DNA from: Polyangiales bacterium
GTDB lineage: Bacteria > Myxococcota_A > Polyangia > Polyangiales > Houyiibacteriaceae
Length of the DNA: 22,489 bases
Assembly (NCBI GenBank): GCA_045106895.1
Contig: JBGCFM010000106.1
Span: 1 to 22,489 of the forward strand
Direction of reading: 5' to 3'
Both the position numbers and the translations under genes were made by a program. The notes beneath the pieces were generated by a model. That model did no database searches. It saw nothing but the letters and a program-made list of their open reading frames with translations, and was not told the origin of the DNA. Of the stretch, positions 1-9,965 are shown one piece after another. Every line of letters begins with the position of its first letter. Position 1 is the stretch's first letter.

Positions 1-156
1 ACGAACATCGCAGGTCACCCCCAAACCTTGCTGACGACTGAAGCCGACGCGCCGAAGTGGACCACGGATGGTCGACCTTGTGGGGTTTGAGTTGAGCGCC
101 AAGGTGCGTTCCCTTGGGCGAACTTCAACGGGGATTGGACGCCCCCGAATCCCGTA

Positions 157-885
157 TTAGCTCTCGGCTTCGAGAAGGGAGTCCATCGGCTCTACTTCGT
201 AGAGGTCTTCCTCGACGTTGTAGTCGAGGAGCAGCACTTTGGCGTTCTTGGCCAAGGCCGCGTCGCTGCAGCGCACACGCAGGAGGCTGCCCGAGCCATC
301 GTCGAGGGTCGCCTGTCCCCGTCCGCCGGCGTCCGCGTGAATCTTGATGCGCGCGACCTTGCCAACAAGGACGCTCTTACTCGGCGCGGCATCGCCGGCG
401 AAGAGCTTTCCAATCGGCGCGCTGGCGACCGAGGCCATCGGCCAAGCGGCAGCCGTGGTGACCCCGAAGACAGCCAGGTTGCCAACAAGCTCTGGGCCAG
501 GAATGAGCCCCGCGTAGCGCGAAAGCGCGTAGGAGATCACCCAGCCAAAGAAGAAGAGCAGGCTCAAGCTGACGGTGAGAGGCGCCTTTCGCAGGCTGAA
601 GATGCTCGCCAACGAAGAAGCGCCTTCAATGCCCAAGTCTCCATCGCCGGCATCGCCCACGTCGCCCGCGTCGCCGAGCTCTCCACCGGCGTCCCCCACG
701 TCACCCACGTCGCCGCCAACATCGCCACCGATATCCCCAGCTTCCCCAAGTTCCAAACCCTCTCCGCCGAAGTCGAGGTCCAGCGCTCCGAACATCACGA
801 GCATCCAGTAGCAGAGCGAAAACAGAACGCCGACGGTGAACACGAGGGTGGGAAAGGCAAAGGCGGTGGCGACGAATTGCTCCAT
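157..885 (-). CDS. YqiJ/YuaF-like (NfeD-like OB-fold) inner membrane protein
   Basis: 242 aa. N-terminal TM helix (FPTLVFTVGVLFSLCYWMLVMFGALDLD), Gly/Asp-rich linker, P-L-T-V-S-L hydrophobic hairpin, and an OB-fold-like C-terminus (LVGKVARI...GQATL...KVLLLDY). This layout is typical of flotillin-partner proteins. Confidence 0.75.
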   Translation of the reverse strand: MEQFVATAFAFPTLVFTVGVLFSLCYWMLVMFGALDLDFGGEGLELGEAGDIGGDVGGDVGDVGDAGGELGDAGDVGDAGDGDLGIEGASSLASIFSLRKAPLTVSLSLLFFFGWVISYALSRYAGLIPGPELVGNLAVFGVTTAAAWPMASVASAPIGKLFAGDAAPSKSVLVGKVARIKIHADAGGRGQATLDDGSGSLLRVRCSDAALAKNAKVLLLDYNVEEDLYEVEPMDSLLEAES

Positions 886-960
886 GTGGGCGCTAACCTG
901 GCACGCCTCCAGAGAACTGGATAGTGGGATCCGCGAGGTCGGAATCCCGCGTGGCGGAGC

Positions 961-3099
961 TCAGAAGCTCTCGCCCAAGGCGACATGGATGGCGCCGGGG
1001 AAGCCAAAGATGGTGTCGCGCAGGCCTTCGTTGTCTCCTGCTGCGCGTGGATCGTCGCCAAAGACCTGTAGGCTCGGTGGCGCCCAGCCGACATCGAGGC
1101 GAATGGCGCCGACGATGGTGAAGTAGCGCAGGCCCATGCCAAAGCTGAACTGGGGGACGTTGAAGCGCCACGCGTCGGCGGACACGTCTCCGGCGTCCCC
1201 AAAGGCGACGACGCCGAAACTCTCGGTGACGCGGAGACGAAGCTCGAGGCTAGCGAGCCACTTGCGGTTGCCGCCGCTTCGTCCGTCGCCGAGTCGTCCC
1301 GGAAGGTAGCCGCGCACGTCCGTGGACCCGCCGCCGTAGAAGCGCTGGTCGCGTGGGCCGAGCTGCGTGCTCTCTTCGTCGAGGCCTTCGTCGGCGCCCG
1401 TGATGAACATTGCGCCGAGGACAAAGCGGCCCGCGAGGGTGAGTCGTCGACCAAAAGGCACGTAGGCACGCACGTCTGGCACGACGCGAATGTAGTCGAA
1501 GGTCGAAGGCAAGAAGTAGCCGCCCTCTTGCAGGTCGAGCTGGAAGTAGAGTCCGCGCGTTGGTCGCACGTTGTCGTCGCGGAGGTCTACGCGAAGGAGC
1601 TGCTGCAGGTATGTGATGTGGTAGCCGCTTGGCGGAGCGCTCCCGTCGTCGCGCAGCTCACCGTCCGGGACGCGATAGAACGAGAAGCGCGGAAGCCCCA
1701 GCGCCGCGAAGAGTTTCCGTTGCAGAAAGAAGCGTTCGAGTCCCATGCCAAGGTCCACGCGGTGGCGGAAGAAGGTGTCGTAGGGATCCCGCCCAAAGTC
1801 GTGCTGCGCGTCGAGGGTGAAGGTCAGGTTGGGCTCGAGAAAACCCGGCTGGCGGAACTCGGCGCCAATGAGATTGCCGACGCGTGGCTGGTCGACCCTC
1901 GGAAAGCGGTCACCGAAGATGACGCGTGGCGACTCGCGAAGGGTGAGGCGCCTCAGACCGCCGAGCATGTTCCGGTTTTCGTAGTTGAGCGAGAGATGAA
2001 CGTCCCATTGGTCGACGCTGTTCACCTCGCCGAAGCGGCCGCGTGTCTCGACGCCGCTGAGGATGCCGGCGCCGATGGAGTAGCGGTGGTGGCGTGCCGC
2101 GGTGACACGGATTCGGACCGGGACTTCGTTGCCTTCGTCGGGGATGAGCGGTTCGGCGACGACGCCGGAGAAGCCCCCGAGTCCATAGACGCGGCGTTGG
2201 GCTTCGTTGATCTCGTCGCTGTCGAAGCGCATCCCCGGTTCAAGAGAGCTCGCGCCGATGATCACATCCGTGGGGATATCTTCTGCGCCTTCCACCTCGA
2301 CGAGGATCTCTCCGTAGGTGCAGACGGGCCCCGGCGTGATCTGCAGAGCAATGCGCGCCTGTCGTGCCGAACGATCGATGTGAACCCGGCCCTGGACGCT
2401 CGCACGTGCATGTCCGGCGCGAAACATGATGTTCCGTAGAAGCTCCTTGGTTTGGTCGTAGGAGTGTTCGTCCCAGCGATCGCCGACGTTGAGCTTGAGC
2501 TCGCTCCGCATCTGCCGGGCCATGTCCGCGGGGACGTCGTCGATGCCCATGAGCTCGAGACTTGTCACGAGCGTGGGGAGGCCTTCCTCGATGACGAATC
2601 GTACGTTGACGGCGCACCCCTCGTCGTCGTCGAGGCGCTCGCACGGGGCTGATTCCGCTTCCTCGGATTCCGTAACGTCGTCTTCGTCGGGCACATTCGG
2701 AAGTAGGTCATCACGCATGGCCACCTCCGGGTCTGTGCGCACTTCCACGACGCGCGCTCCATGAAATCCTCGCGCCGCGTACCATCGCTGGATTCGCTCG
2801 ACGTCCTGCTCGACGGTAACCCTGTCGAAATAGGGCCAGTCCGACCATGGCCAGGCCCAGAGGTTTAGCCGGGAGACGTCGCCTTCGAAGGGCGGCTCCC
2901 CGCAGGTGGTGCTCTCGTCCAGATCCAAGTTGATCTGCACCCGGCTTCGGGACTGCGTCGCCAGACACGTGCGAATCGCGTCGCCGTCGAAGGTCTCCAC
3001 GCCTTCAAGTTCGAGCGAGCGCACTCCATAGCGAGTGGGCGGAATGCTTGCGCAGCCCACGACGACGACAAGCCATGCCCATCTTTTTAGGGTTCCCAA
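961..3099 (-). CDS. tamA: Omp85 family (TamA/BamA-type) outer membrane protein with POTRA domains, probable lipoprotein
   Basis: 712 aa. POTRA-like segments (DVERIQRWYAARGF; GHARASV; LGGFSGV), Omp85 loop-6 motif FYGGGSTDVRGY, G-x-G-L-R-Y...GAIRLD and terminal Phe (ALGESF). The TTG start overlaps the tamB stop. VVGC lipobox-like signal. Confidence 0.85.
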   Translation of the reverse strand: MGTLKRWAWLVVVVGCASIPPTRYGVRSLELEGVETFDGDAIRTCLATQSRSRVQINLDLDESTTCGEPPFEGDVSRLNLWAWPWSDWPYFDRVTVEQDVERIQRWYAARGFHGARVVEVRTDPEVAMRDDLLPNVPDEDDVTESEEAESAPCERLDDDEGCAVNVRFVIEEGLPTLVTSLELMGIDDVPADMARQMRSELKLNVGDRWDEHSYDQTKELLRNIMFRAGHARASVQGRVHIDRSARQARIALQITPGPVCTYGEILVEVEGAEDIPTDVIIGASSLEPGMRFDSDEINEAQRRVYGLGGFSGVVAEPLIPDEGNEVPVRIRVTAARHHRYSIGAGILSGVETRGRFGEVNSVDQWDVHLSLNYENRNMLGGLRRLTLRESPRVIFGDRFPRVDQPRVGNLIGAEFRQPGFLEPNLTFTLDAQHDFGRDPYDTFFRHRVDLGMGLERFFLQRKLFAALGLPRFSFYRVPDGELRDDGSAPPSGYHITYLQQLLRVDLRDDNVRPTRGLYFQLDLQEGGYFLPSTFDYIRVVPDVRAYVPFGRRLTLAGRFVLGAMFITGADEGLDEESTQLGPRDQRFYGGGSTDVRGYLPGRLGDGRSGGNRKWLASLELRLRVTESFGVVAFGDAGDVSADAWRFNVPQFSFGMGLRYFTIVGAIRLDVGWAPPSLQVFGDDPRAAGDNEGLRDTIFGFPGAIHVALGESF

Positions 3100-6000
3100 C
3101 GAAGCTCCAGTCCCCAGGTGTTGCCCTGCTGGTAGCGCGTGTTGAGAAGGAGGCTGTGGGGAAAGAGAAGCTCGAGTTCCACGCCGGCGGCAAAGGAGCG
3201 CCCAGCGTCGCCGTTATTCTGCTCGCCGACGTAGCCTTCGATGTGTGCGCCGATGACGACGTCGCTGAGGAAATCCGGGATCAAGCGGTCCGCCGGAATG
3301 GCAGCCCGGATGCGATTCCCCGCCGTCCCCGACTCGATGCCGAAGACCGGCAGGAACTCGCCAAAGGTGCGTCGTGTGAGGCTGCTGAGGGCACCCGCCG
3401 TGAGGCCCGTCACGAAGCCGAGCACATCTTCGCGCGCCTCGGTCTCTTGGGCGTCATCGTTGGTGCCGCCGCCGATGAGCAGTGCCAAGATCTCCGCTTC
3501 GGTCTCCGCGCTTGGGTCGGAAGAAGAGAACGCGAGCTGCAGTGAGAAGAGGTCGCCGCTCAGCTGTACCGTCACCGTTTCTCGGTTGCTCAGCTCATGG
3601 ACGGCGGTGATGTCGATGCGCGGGTTGAGGTCGCGGCCACCGGCGAAGCGCAGCTCACTCCGTTCAAAGTCGAACTGCTTTCCAACGATGGAGAGGAACC
3701 CGCGGCGAATCTCGACGTCTCCTTCGAGCCGCAACCCGAGGTGGTCCACGATGATGTTCAGGTCAGGGACGACCTGGACGGAGAAGTCCTCGCGGCGAAC
3801 GTAGAATGGGTTGGAATGAAGACGGATACGCGTCTCATGTTCGTCGGCGCGAGCCGAAGCCAACGTCGTCCCGAGGAGCGCTGCGAACCCATCGTCGTCG
3901 GCTTCGTCGTCGTAGATGACGTCAGGATGCTGGGACAATGACTGGACTTGGCGACCGACGTCCGGGGAGATTTGAATCGCCGCGTCACGGAGCCCAACAT
4001 CGAACTCGCTGAGCGGATCGCCAAACTCGCCCGTGATATCGACCTGCGTGTCGAGCTTCGCGTAGACGACTCCTTCTACCCGAAACGGAAATTCGTCGAG
4101 CGCGGCGGTCGCTTCCACGCGTCCGAGATTCCAACCGTCCATTCCGACCTGCCCGTTGACGACGATGGTCCCTTCGCGGTCTTCGAAGCCGACGTCGTGC
4201 AGACTCAGGTGGTCTTCGTCGAGGGTGATGCGACCTCCGAGACTCTCCACGCGCAACAAGGGGTCACGCAGGGTGAATCCAAGCTCTTCGAGCCGAACTT
4301 CGCCGCGCACGCTCACGCCGCTTTGTTCGTCGGCTCGGGCGCGGACCTCTCCGCTGAAGTGTCCACGGGGAGATCCAATCAGCGACACCGGAGCGGCGAG
4401 AAGAGCCAAGGGGGCATGGTTGAACTCCGCCCGTCCCTGCCATTGGTCGATGTTGGGGAGCGGAAGTCGAAGCTCTTCATCCATCGCCATGGGGACTTCG
4501 CCCTCGGCGGAGAAGAGCTCACTGTGTTCACCGGCGAGGCGCAAGGACACGCTCGCGCGGCTCGCTGAAGCGCTGGCTTCGACGTCGAAGTTCGCCGGTG
4601 GCGCGTCGTCAGCGGCGCTCGTCGACTGCAGCCCCGCGATGGACGCGCGCAGGTCCAGGAGTGGCTCTTCGCCAAATATGTTCTCCAGACGCGCGGCGAG
4701 GTTCACCTCCCCCTCCAGCTCTGCGCAGGCGACGGGCACAGAGCTGACCTGAAGCTCTCGGACGGCGAGATCGGCGTCGATGGGCGGAAGGCGTTCTGGC
4801 GTCTCCACAGCCCAGCGATCGAGAGGCAGGGGCATCGTCGCGCTGAGCACGGCACGTTCTGTACCCGCAGACCGGAGTCGACTCTCTACGTTGAAGATTC
4901 CGCGCTCGAGTCGGCCTTCGAGGGCGAGCATTGTCGACGCAAGGCGACAGGACTCCCCGTCGCCGGCACCCGCCGGATAGGACGCGCTGGCGGATACTGT
5001 GCCGTCCGCGCCTCCTAAGCTGGAGCTTCTTCCTTGCCCAGCAAAATGCGCCTGAAGACCAACCCGTCCGAGCTGACCATCGAGGATTTCAACGGGGAAG
5101 TCGCCCACGCTGCGCTCGGGGACACGAACATCGAGGGTCCAAGGCTCCTGCAAGATGTCGCGCGGGCTGTGCTCCCACGCCAGTCGGTCAAAAGTGAGCG
5201 CCGCGCGCAGTTGGAGGTAGGACGAGGAGGGTTCCCTCAAGGCGAGGGTGCTGATGAGGTTTCCGTCGTGCAGCCCCGTCTCGAACTCGACTCGTGGCAC
5301 GAGGACGCCGAGGTCTGGGTAAGCCAAGTCGCTTACGGCGACGAAGGCGTCCAGGGACTGTGGGTCGAGATATGTCCCGCGCGCGCGGAGTTCGACCCCA
5401 AGGGTGCCGGACAGCACCGGCAACGCATCGGAGCCGAGGAGAAGAGGGAGGCCCGCCACGAGCGGCGCGATCTCCGTTCCACTCAGCGCGACATGAGCTT
5501 CGAGGGGTGCGTGCCTCCAGTCGCCGCTTAGGTTCGCCGATGGCGCGGCGCCTTTTAGTTTGACGTCGATGCGACCGATGACGTCGCCCACGGCTTCGAC
5601 GTCTAGGTCGAAGGCTGCTTTGCCGTCACGTTGCTCCACCGACGTATTCCAGTCGAGGGACGCGAGCTCCAAACCTAGGTAGCGAAGCGCGCTGAGGCTA
5701 CCCCGCGAGCGCAGCGCAGGCCGCGCGATGGAGCCATGAAACTCCCCTTGTGCGACGAGGTTTCCTTCGATGGGAAAGCCCAGGAGCTCTCCGATGGGCT
5801 CGAAGTTCACGTCCTCGATGTTGAAGGAGAAGTCCGAGCGACCGCGGAAGGCAACCTGGCCCTGCATGTCTGCGTTCAATACGCCCGGCGCTCGAAGGGC
5901 GAGGGCTGCGACGGAGAGTCCGCGGGCCGTCGTGGCGAAGCGTTGAATGTCCACAGAAACGGGCCGCGGAAAGAGACCGTTCATGCGGACGTTTCCCGTT

Positions 6001-7754
6001 GCCTGCACTCCATGGTCGACGCCCAAGTCCGCGTTGACGTCGACGGCGAGGGAGCGGTCGACGAACTGCGCTGGGCCCTCCAGGCGGCCACGGATTCGGT
6101 AGGGGCCCCGGCCTGTTCCATGTAGTTCGACGCGCGTCAGGTCGATCCCGTACGCCCGGGTGGACCCGGCGCGCACGTGCGCGTCGAGAGTCGGTGAAGT
6201 GAGCGGACCCGACGCCGTCGCTCGAACCGACGCCGAGGTAACTCGAAGGTCTCGTAGACGAAAACCGGAGACGTCCACGTCGGCACGCGCGTCGATGCGT
6301 TCGTCGCGCAACGACACGTTCGCCTCGATGCGAGCGCGGCCACCAACACCAGGGAGGACCTCCGAGAGAGAGGGCTGTCGCGAGAGCCGCGGGAGGTCCG
6401 CGTCGATGCTCGCGTCGAGGGAGCCGTCGAATCCGAAGCGTCCGCTCACGTTCATGTGCCCACCCTCGGACAGCACCGGCAGGTCTAGGTGGCTGAGAAC
6501 AACCTCGTCTTCGTCGATGGTCGCGGCGGCGACGAGACTCTGAACCTGCCAAGTGTCGTAGACGATGTCGTCGCCGCGCACCTCGATGCCCCAGCTGGAG
6601 CCTTCTTCCTCGGCGGTAACTTCTAGGTCGAAGCCCACGGATTCGGCGACGCCGAGAGAGGGCGCCAACGCCTCTCCCAGCTGGACCTGGGAACTCTGTA
6701 TCGCAAGGGCCGCTTGTAGTGGGCCGGAGACATCCACCGAGGCTTCCACAGCGACATCGCCCCCTGGAGTGCCGATCTCGCCCTCGGCGGCGAACGTGTC
6801 GAAGGGCGTGGGTTCCTCAGCCTCCGTACTCGGCGCGGAGCGGAGAGCGAGCGCGACGTTCGTGGGACCGCCGACGAGGTCGAGTCCGGTGAAGGGCCGA
6901 AGCATCGCGTTGTTCAGTGCGCCTTCCACGTGGCCGTCGAGGGCGCCGACGGTGTCATCGACCCACGGCATGGATGCGCCCACGTCGATACGACCACCAC
7001 CGGCAGAGAGCTGGAGCGCCGCGTCCATCGAACCTTCGTCGCGAAGCGCGGCGTCGTACGCAAGCCCGGTGAGCGCTCCATAGTCCTCGCCGTTGATACT
7101 CACGTTGGCGGACTCTCGCTGTGCCGTGTGGACTTCGACGCTTCCGCCTTCAACTTCGACGCGTACTCCGAGCGCGAGCGCGTCTACCTGCACATCGATG
7201 CCAGGAACATCTCGCACCGAAGCGCCGCTGATCGCGCCGTCGAGCCTCATCTTGAAGGTCGAGGGTTCGCCGTCGCTCTCCGTTGGGCCCACGGGCACGA
7301 AGGTTCCGGCGATTCGCAGCTCGCCGTCTGCGTTCGTCGCTAACGAAACGCGAGGAGACTGGACGGCAACGTCGCTGAGCAGGAGCTCGCCACTCAGAAG
7401 TGGCATGAGCGCTGCGCTCGCGTTTAGCGCTTCCGCAGCGATGACGAGTTCGCCGTCCGCGCCGAATATCTCCACGTCCTCGACCCACGCCGTGACGCTC
7501 AACGGCAGCTGAAGGTCGATGTCGACGCATTGAAAGTCGATGGAGCCGGCGATGGCTTCGCTGCCCAACTCTCGCCCGAGCTCGCAGGCGAAGTTGCGCG
7601 CCGGTGTCGATTCTAGATGGAGAAGGGCGCTGACGAGAAGACAGACGATGGCCAGCCAGAGCCACCCCATCGCGTAGAGCGACCTCCAAATGATGCCGAG
7701 GGCGGGCTGGGCTCCCTCCAAAGTGGGCGGCCTGTCTTCCTGCGGGTCGCTCAC
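3087..7754 (-). CDS. tamB: Translocation and assembly module TamB (AsmA-like, C-terminal DUF490)
   Basis: 1555 aa. N-terminal TM anchor, long beta-rich body, and C-terminal TamB motifs (LEGDVEIRRG..GKQFDFERSELRFAG..NPRIDITA..SSSDP..EAEILALL). Directly upstream of an Omp85 gene. Confidence 0.85.
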   Translation of the reverse strand: MSDPQEDRPPTLEGAQPALGIIWRSLYAMGWLWLAIVCLLVSALLHLESTPARNFACELGRELGSEAIAGSIDFQCVDIDLQLPLSVTAWVEDVEIFGADGELVIAAEALNASAALMPLLSGELLLSDVAVQSPRVSLATNADGELRIAGTFVPVGPTESDGEPSTFKMRLDGAISGASVRDVPGIDVQVDALALGVRVEVEGGSVEVHTAQRESANVSINGEDYGALTGLAYDAALRDEGSMDAALQLSAGGGRIDVGASMPWVDDTVGALDGHVEGALNNAMLRPFTGLDLVGGPTNVALALRSAPSTEAEEPTPFDTFAAEGEIGTPGGDVAVEASVDVSGPLQAALAIQSSQVQLGEALAPSLGVAESVGFDLEVTAEEEGSSWGIEVRGDDIVYDTWQVQSLVAAATIDEDEVVLSHLDLPVLSEGGHMNVSGRFGFDGSLDASIDADLPRLSRQPSLSEVLPGVGGRARIEANVSLRDERIDARADVDVSGFRLRDLRVTSASVRATASGPLTSPTLDAHVRAGSTRAYGIDLTRVELHGTGRGPYRIRGRLEGPAQFVDRSLAVDVNADLGVDHGVQATGNVRMNGLFPRPVSVDIQRFATTARGLSVAALALRAPGVLNADMQGQVAFRGRSDFSFNIEDVNFEPIGELLGFPIEGNLVAQGEFHGSIARPALRSRGSLSALRYLGLELASLDWNTSVEQRDGKAAFDLDVEAVGDVIGRIDVKLKGAAPSANLSGDWRHAPLEAHVALSGTEIAPLVAGLPLLLGSDALPVLSGTLGVELRARGTYLDPQSLDAFVAVSDLAYPDLGVLVPRVEFETGLHDGNLISTLALREPSSSYLQLRAALTFDRLAWEHSPRDILQEPWTLDVRVPERSVGDFPVEILDGQLGRVGLQAHFAGQGRSSSLGGADGTVSASASYPAGAGDGESCRLASTMLALEGRLERGIFNVESRLRSAGTERAVLSATMPLPLDRWAVETPERLPPIDADLAVRELQVSSVPVACAELEGEVNLAARLENIFGEEPLLDLRASIAGLQSTSAADDAPPANFDVEASASASRASVSLRLAGEHSELFSAEGEVPMAMDEELRLPLPNIDQWQGRAEFNHAPLALLAAPVSLIGSPRGHFSGEVRARADEQSGVSVRGEVRLEELGFTLRDPLLRVESLGGRITLDEDHLSLHDVGFEDREGTIVVNGQVGMDGWNLGRVEATAALDEFPFRVEGVVYAKLDTQVDITGEFGDPLSEFDVGLRDAAIQISPDVGRQVQSLSQHPDVIYDDEADDDGFAALLGTTLASARADEHETRIRLHSNPFYVRREDFSVQVVPDLNIIVDHLGLRLEGDVEIRRGFLSIVGKQFDFERSELRFAGGRDLNPRIDITAVHELSNRETVTVQLSGDLFSLQLAFSSSDPSAETEAEILALLIGGGTNDDAQETEAREDVLGFVTGLTAGALSSLTRRTFGEFLPVFGIESGTAGNRIRAAIPADRLIPDFLSDVVIGAHIEGYVGEQNNGDAGRSFAAGVELELLFPHSLLLNTRYQQGNTWGLELRWEP

Positions 7755-8020
7755 ATTACCTGGAAGTGCTCAAGCATGCGTCGGAGCACATCATTCGCGG
7801 CAATATGCCGGCTTCGTCCGGCGCTGCATAGCCTAGCCTGACTAGAGTGGGTCTTGGAAGAAGCCGGGGCATGGGGCACCACGACGGGCCCCATGTGGTG
7901 AGGACTGCTCCCAAGGAGCACTTTTGCCCACAGCGCCGCGCATCCGGTCTGCTGTTATGCAGGAAGTCCAAGAGCTACGTCCTCCGAGAGCTCGGCACGT
8001 TCGTTGCGATATAGCGGCGA

Positions 8021-8629
8021 ATGGGCCACTGGGATGCAATTTATCGTGACCGCTCACTCGGTCGCACAACGACTTCTTCGGGTGGTGTCGTGGGCGGAGT
8101 TACGCGCTCGCGCTCCGAGGAAGTTCTCTTTGACGCGCGCTTCGCTTGTCCGATGTGCGGCAACTTCCTCGCGCCGGGCGTGCAATGCGATCCGTGCAGT
8201 GCATGGGCCGTTGACAGTACGTCGCGTCTGCGCCTTTCTGCAGAACGCGACTCACTGAGCGCGCGCTTTGCGCGTTGGCGTCGCGGCCGCGCGGCATATG
8301 TCCGTCGTGCGGCTGGAATGGTGCGCGGTACCATCGTTGCTGTTCATGAGGACTCGACGCCGGCGGACCCGGCACGTCTCGTGGCGGCCTATGCGTCGCG
8401 CGAAGACGGCGCGTACCACACGGTATGTGGTGCATTCGCCGTTGAGTTTGCTGGGCGTGATCCCTATCGGACGGTGACGGTGGAGGTCTCCTTCGCTGAT
8501 GCAAACCTCGTTGTTCCTTCCTTGGCTCGCGGCGAACGCCGGGAGCTGGCTCTTGGTGACAGCGTGGTTCTCACGGGCAAGCTCCTCGACCGAGCCTTCT
8601 ACGGTGACGTTTGGCTGGAGCGCGCCTAG
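8021..8629 (+). CDS. Hypothetical protein with CxxC-x9-CxxC zinc-ribbon motif
   Basis: 202 aa ORF filling the gap between minus-strand genes. Contains CPMCGNFLAPGVQCDPC and a beta-rich C-terminus. Confidence 0.55.
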   Translation: MGHWDAIYRDRSLGRTTTSSGGVVGGVTRSRSEEVLFDARFACPMCGNFLAPGVQCDPCSAWAVDSTSRLRLSAERDSLSARFARWRRGRAAYVRRAAGMVRGTIVAVHEDSTPADPARLVAAYASREDGAYHTVCGAFAVEFAGRDPYRTVTVEVSFADANLVVPSLARGERRELALGDSVVLTGKLLDRAFYGDVWLERA

Positions 8630-8649
8630 TGCACTAGCTGTCGGAGTCG

Positions 8650-9282
8650 CTAAAGGCGGCCCGAGCGACGAGCGAGCAACTCGCTTGTTCTCGGGGCCGC
8701 CTCCGGCTCGAGGGAGAGATGCAATCGAAGGGTCTGCAGGTCGTCCCACTCATCGACGTCAAACCAAGGCTCAAGGAGCCGTGCTCCTGGGTTCTGAGCA
8801 AGCGTGTCATGAAGGGTGCGCGGCGTGGACCAAGTAAGGCCTTCGAAACGAGGGCGCGATTGAGCACCGACGAGGTAGAAACCGCCGTCGCTGCTCGGTC
8901 CGAAAGACAGCGGCTTCGTGAACGCGCTCGTGAGGGCTCTCGGCGGCAAGCTCGGTGCGTCGCTGCCGATGAGAACCGCCGTCTCGTGTTCTTCGAGGAG
9001 AACGTCGATGGCGTTCATCATTCGAAGGCCCAGGTCTGCGCCGTCCTGGGGCACCTGTTGCACGCCGAAGTGGTCTGCGGCTTCCCGCAGAACCGGGTGT
9101 GCGTGGTCACCTGCGCTGAACAAGACGCATTCGCTGACCTTCGTCGCGAGGGCTAGCGTGTCCCAGAGGAACGCCACGTGGAGCTCGGCCGCGGCGTCGT
9201 CTCCAATGACGCGCGCGAGGCGTGTCTTCGTTTGACCTGGAACCGGCGCCTTCGCGAAGACACCAACGGCCGACGGCTTCAC
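8650..9282 (-). CDS. DUF2064 / TIGR04282-family glycosyltransferase-like (CofC-like) protein
   Basis: Motifs FAKAPVPGQTKTRLA, Q-x-G-x-DLG-x-RM, LIGSDAP, GPSSDGGFYLVG and DVDEWDDL. The GTG start overlaps the GT2 stop (GTGA). Confidence 0.88.
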   Translation of the reverse strand: MKPSAVGVFAKAPVPGQTKTRLARVIGDDAAAELHVAFLWDTLALATKVSECVLFSAGDHAHPVLREAADHFGVQQVPQDGADLGLRMMNAIDVLLEEHETAVLIGSDAPSLPPRALTSAFTKPLSFGPSSDGGFYLVGAQSRPRFEGLTWSTPRTLHDTLAQNPGARLLEPWFDVDEWDDLQTLRLHLSLEPEAAPRTSELLARRSGRL

Positions 9283-9965
9283 GAGGAGAGCCGATGACGG
9301 GCGAGGAGCCAGAGGATCTTTCGGCCCGCGTGAAAGCTGCCGATGATGCTGCCGCTCACCTTCGAGACGCCTTCGCGTCGAACACGGTAGCTGACGGGAA
9401 CTTCGACGTGGCGCAGGTCTTCTTGGGCCGCGCGGATCTGCATCTCTACGGTCCAGCCCCAGTTACGGTCTTTCATGCGTAGCGCTTCGAGGGCCGACCA
9501 ACGAATGGCGCGAAAGGGGCCGAGGTCCGTGTAGCGCGCGCCGTAGAGAAGCCGAAGGCCGCCACAAGCGATGGCGTTGCCCACGCGTTGCGGAAGCGTC
9601 AGCGCGCCGGGCTCCAGCTCGCCTCGCACACGTGAACCGATGACGAGGTCTGCGCCGCTGTGCAGAGGAGCTAGGAGCGACGCCAGCTCGCTTGGGTCGT
9701 CGCTGTTGTCGCCGTCCAAGAACACGACCACATCGGGCGGGTCGTCTTGGAGGAGCGCCAGCGCCCGGAGGCAGGCGGCGCCGTAGCCACGTTCGGCTTC
9801 ATGGACGACGCGCGCGCCTTCCTCTTCGGCGACGACAGCGGTGCGATCGCGACTCCCGTTGTCGGCGACGACGACTTGGCGGACAAGGTCCTTCGGAATC
9901 GCGCGGAGGACTAAAGGAAGCGCCGCTTCTTCGTCGAGGGCGGGGATGATGACGTCGACGATCAA
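9279..9965 (-). CDS. Glycosyltransferase family 2 (DPM synthase-like)
   Basis: VIIPALDEE, VVADNGSRDRT, GYGAAC, FLDGDNSDDP, TDLGPFRAI, GWTVEMQ, SKVSG. The TTG start overlaps the upstream stop. Confidence 0.92.
   Translation of the reverse strand: MIVDVIIPALDEEAALPLVLRAIPKDLVRQVVVADNGSRDRTAVVAEEEGARVVHEAERGYGAACLRALALLQDDPPDVVVFLDGDNSDDPSELASLLAPLHSGADLVIGSRVRGELEPGALTLPQRVGNAIACGGLRLLYGARYTDLGPFRAIRWSALEALRMKDRNWGWTVEMQIRAAQEDLRHVEVPVSYRVRREGVSKVSGSIIGSFHAGRKILWLLARHRLSS

Noticed and set aside
140..152. 13-bp match GGATTCGGGGGCG between 140-152 (minus) and 21647-21659
   Set aside because: Several matches of this length are expected by chance in a GC-rich 22-kb window.
1528..2439. Long antisense or alternate-frame ORFs (e.g. 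1528-2439, 5698-6552, 13855-14739, 16957-18123)
   Set aside because: These are shadow ORFs of well-supported genes, expected from high-GC codon bias.
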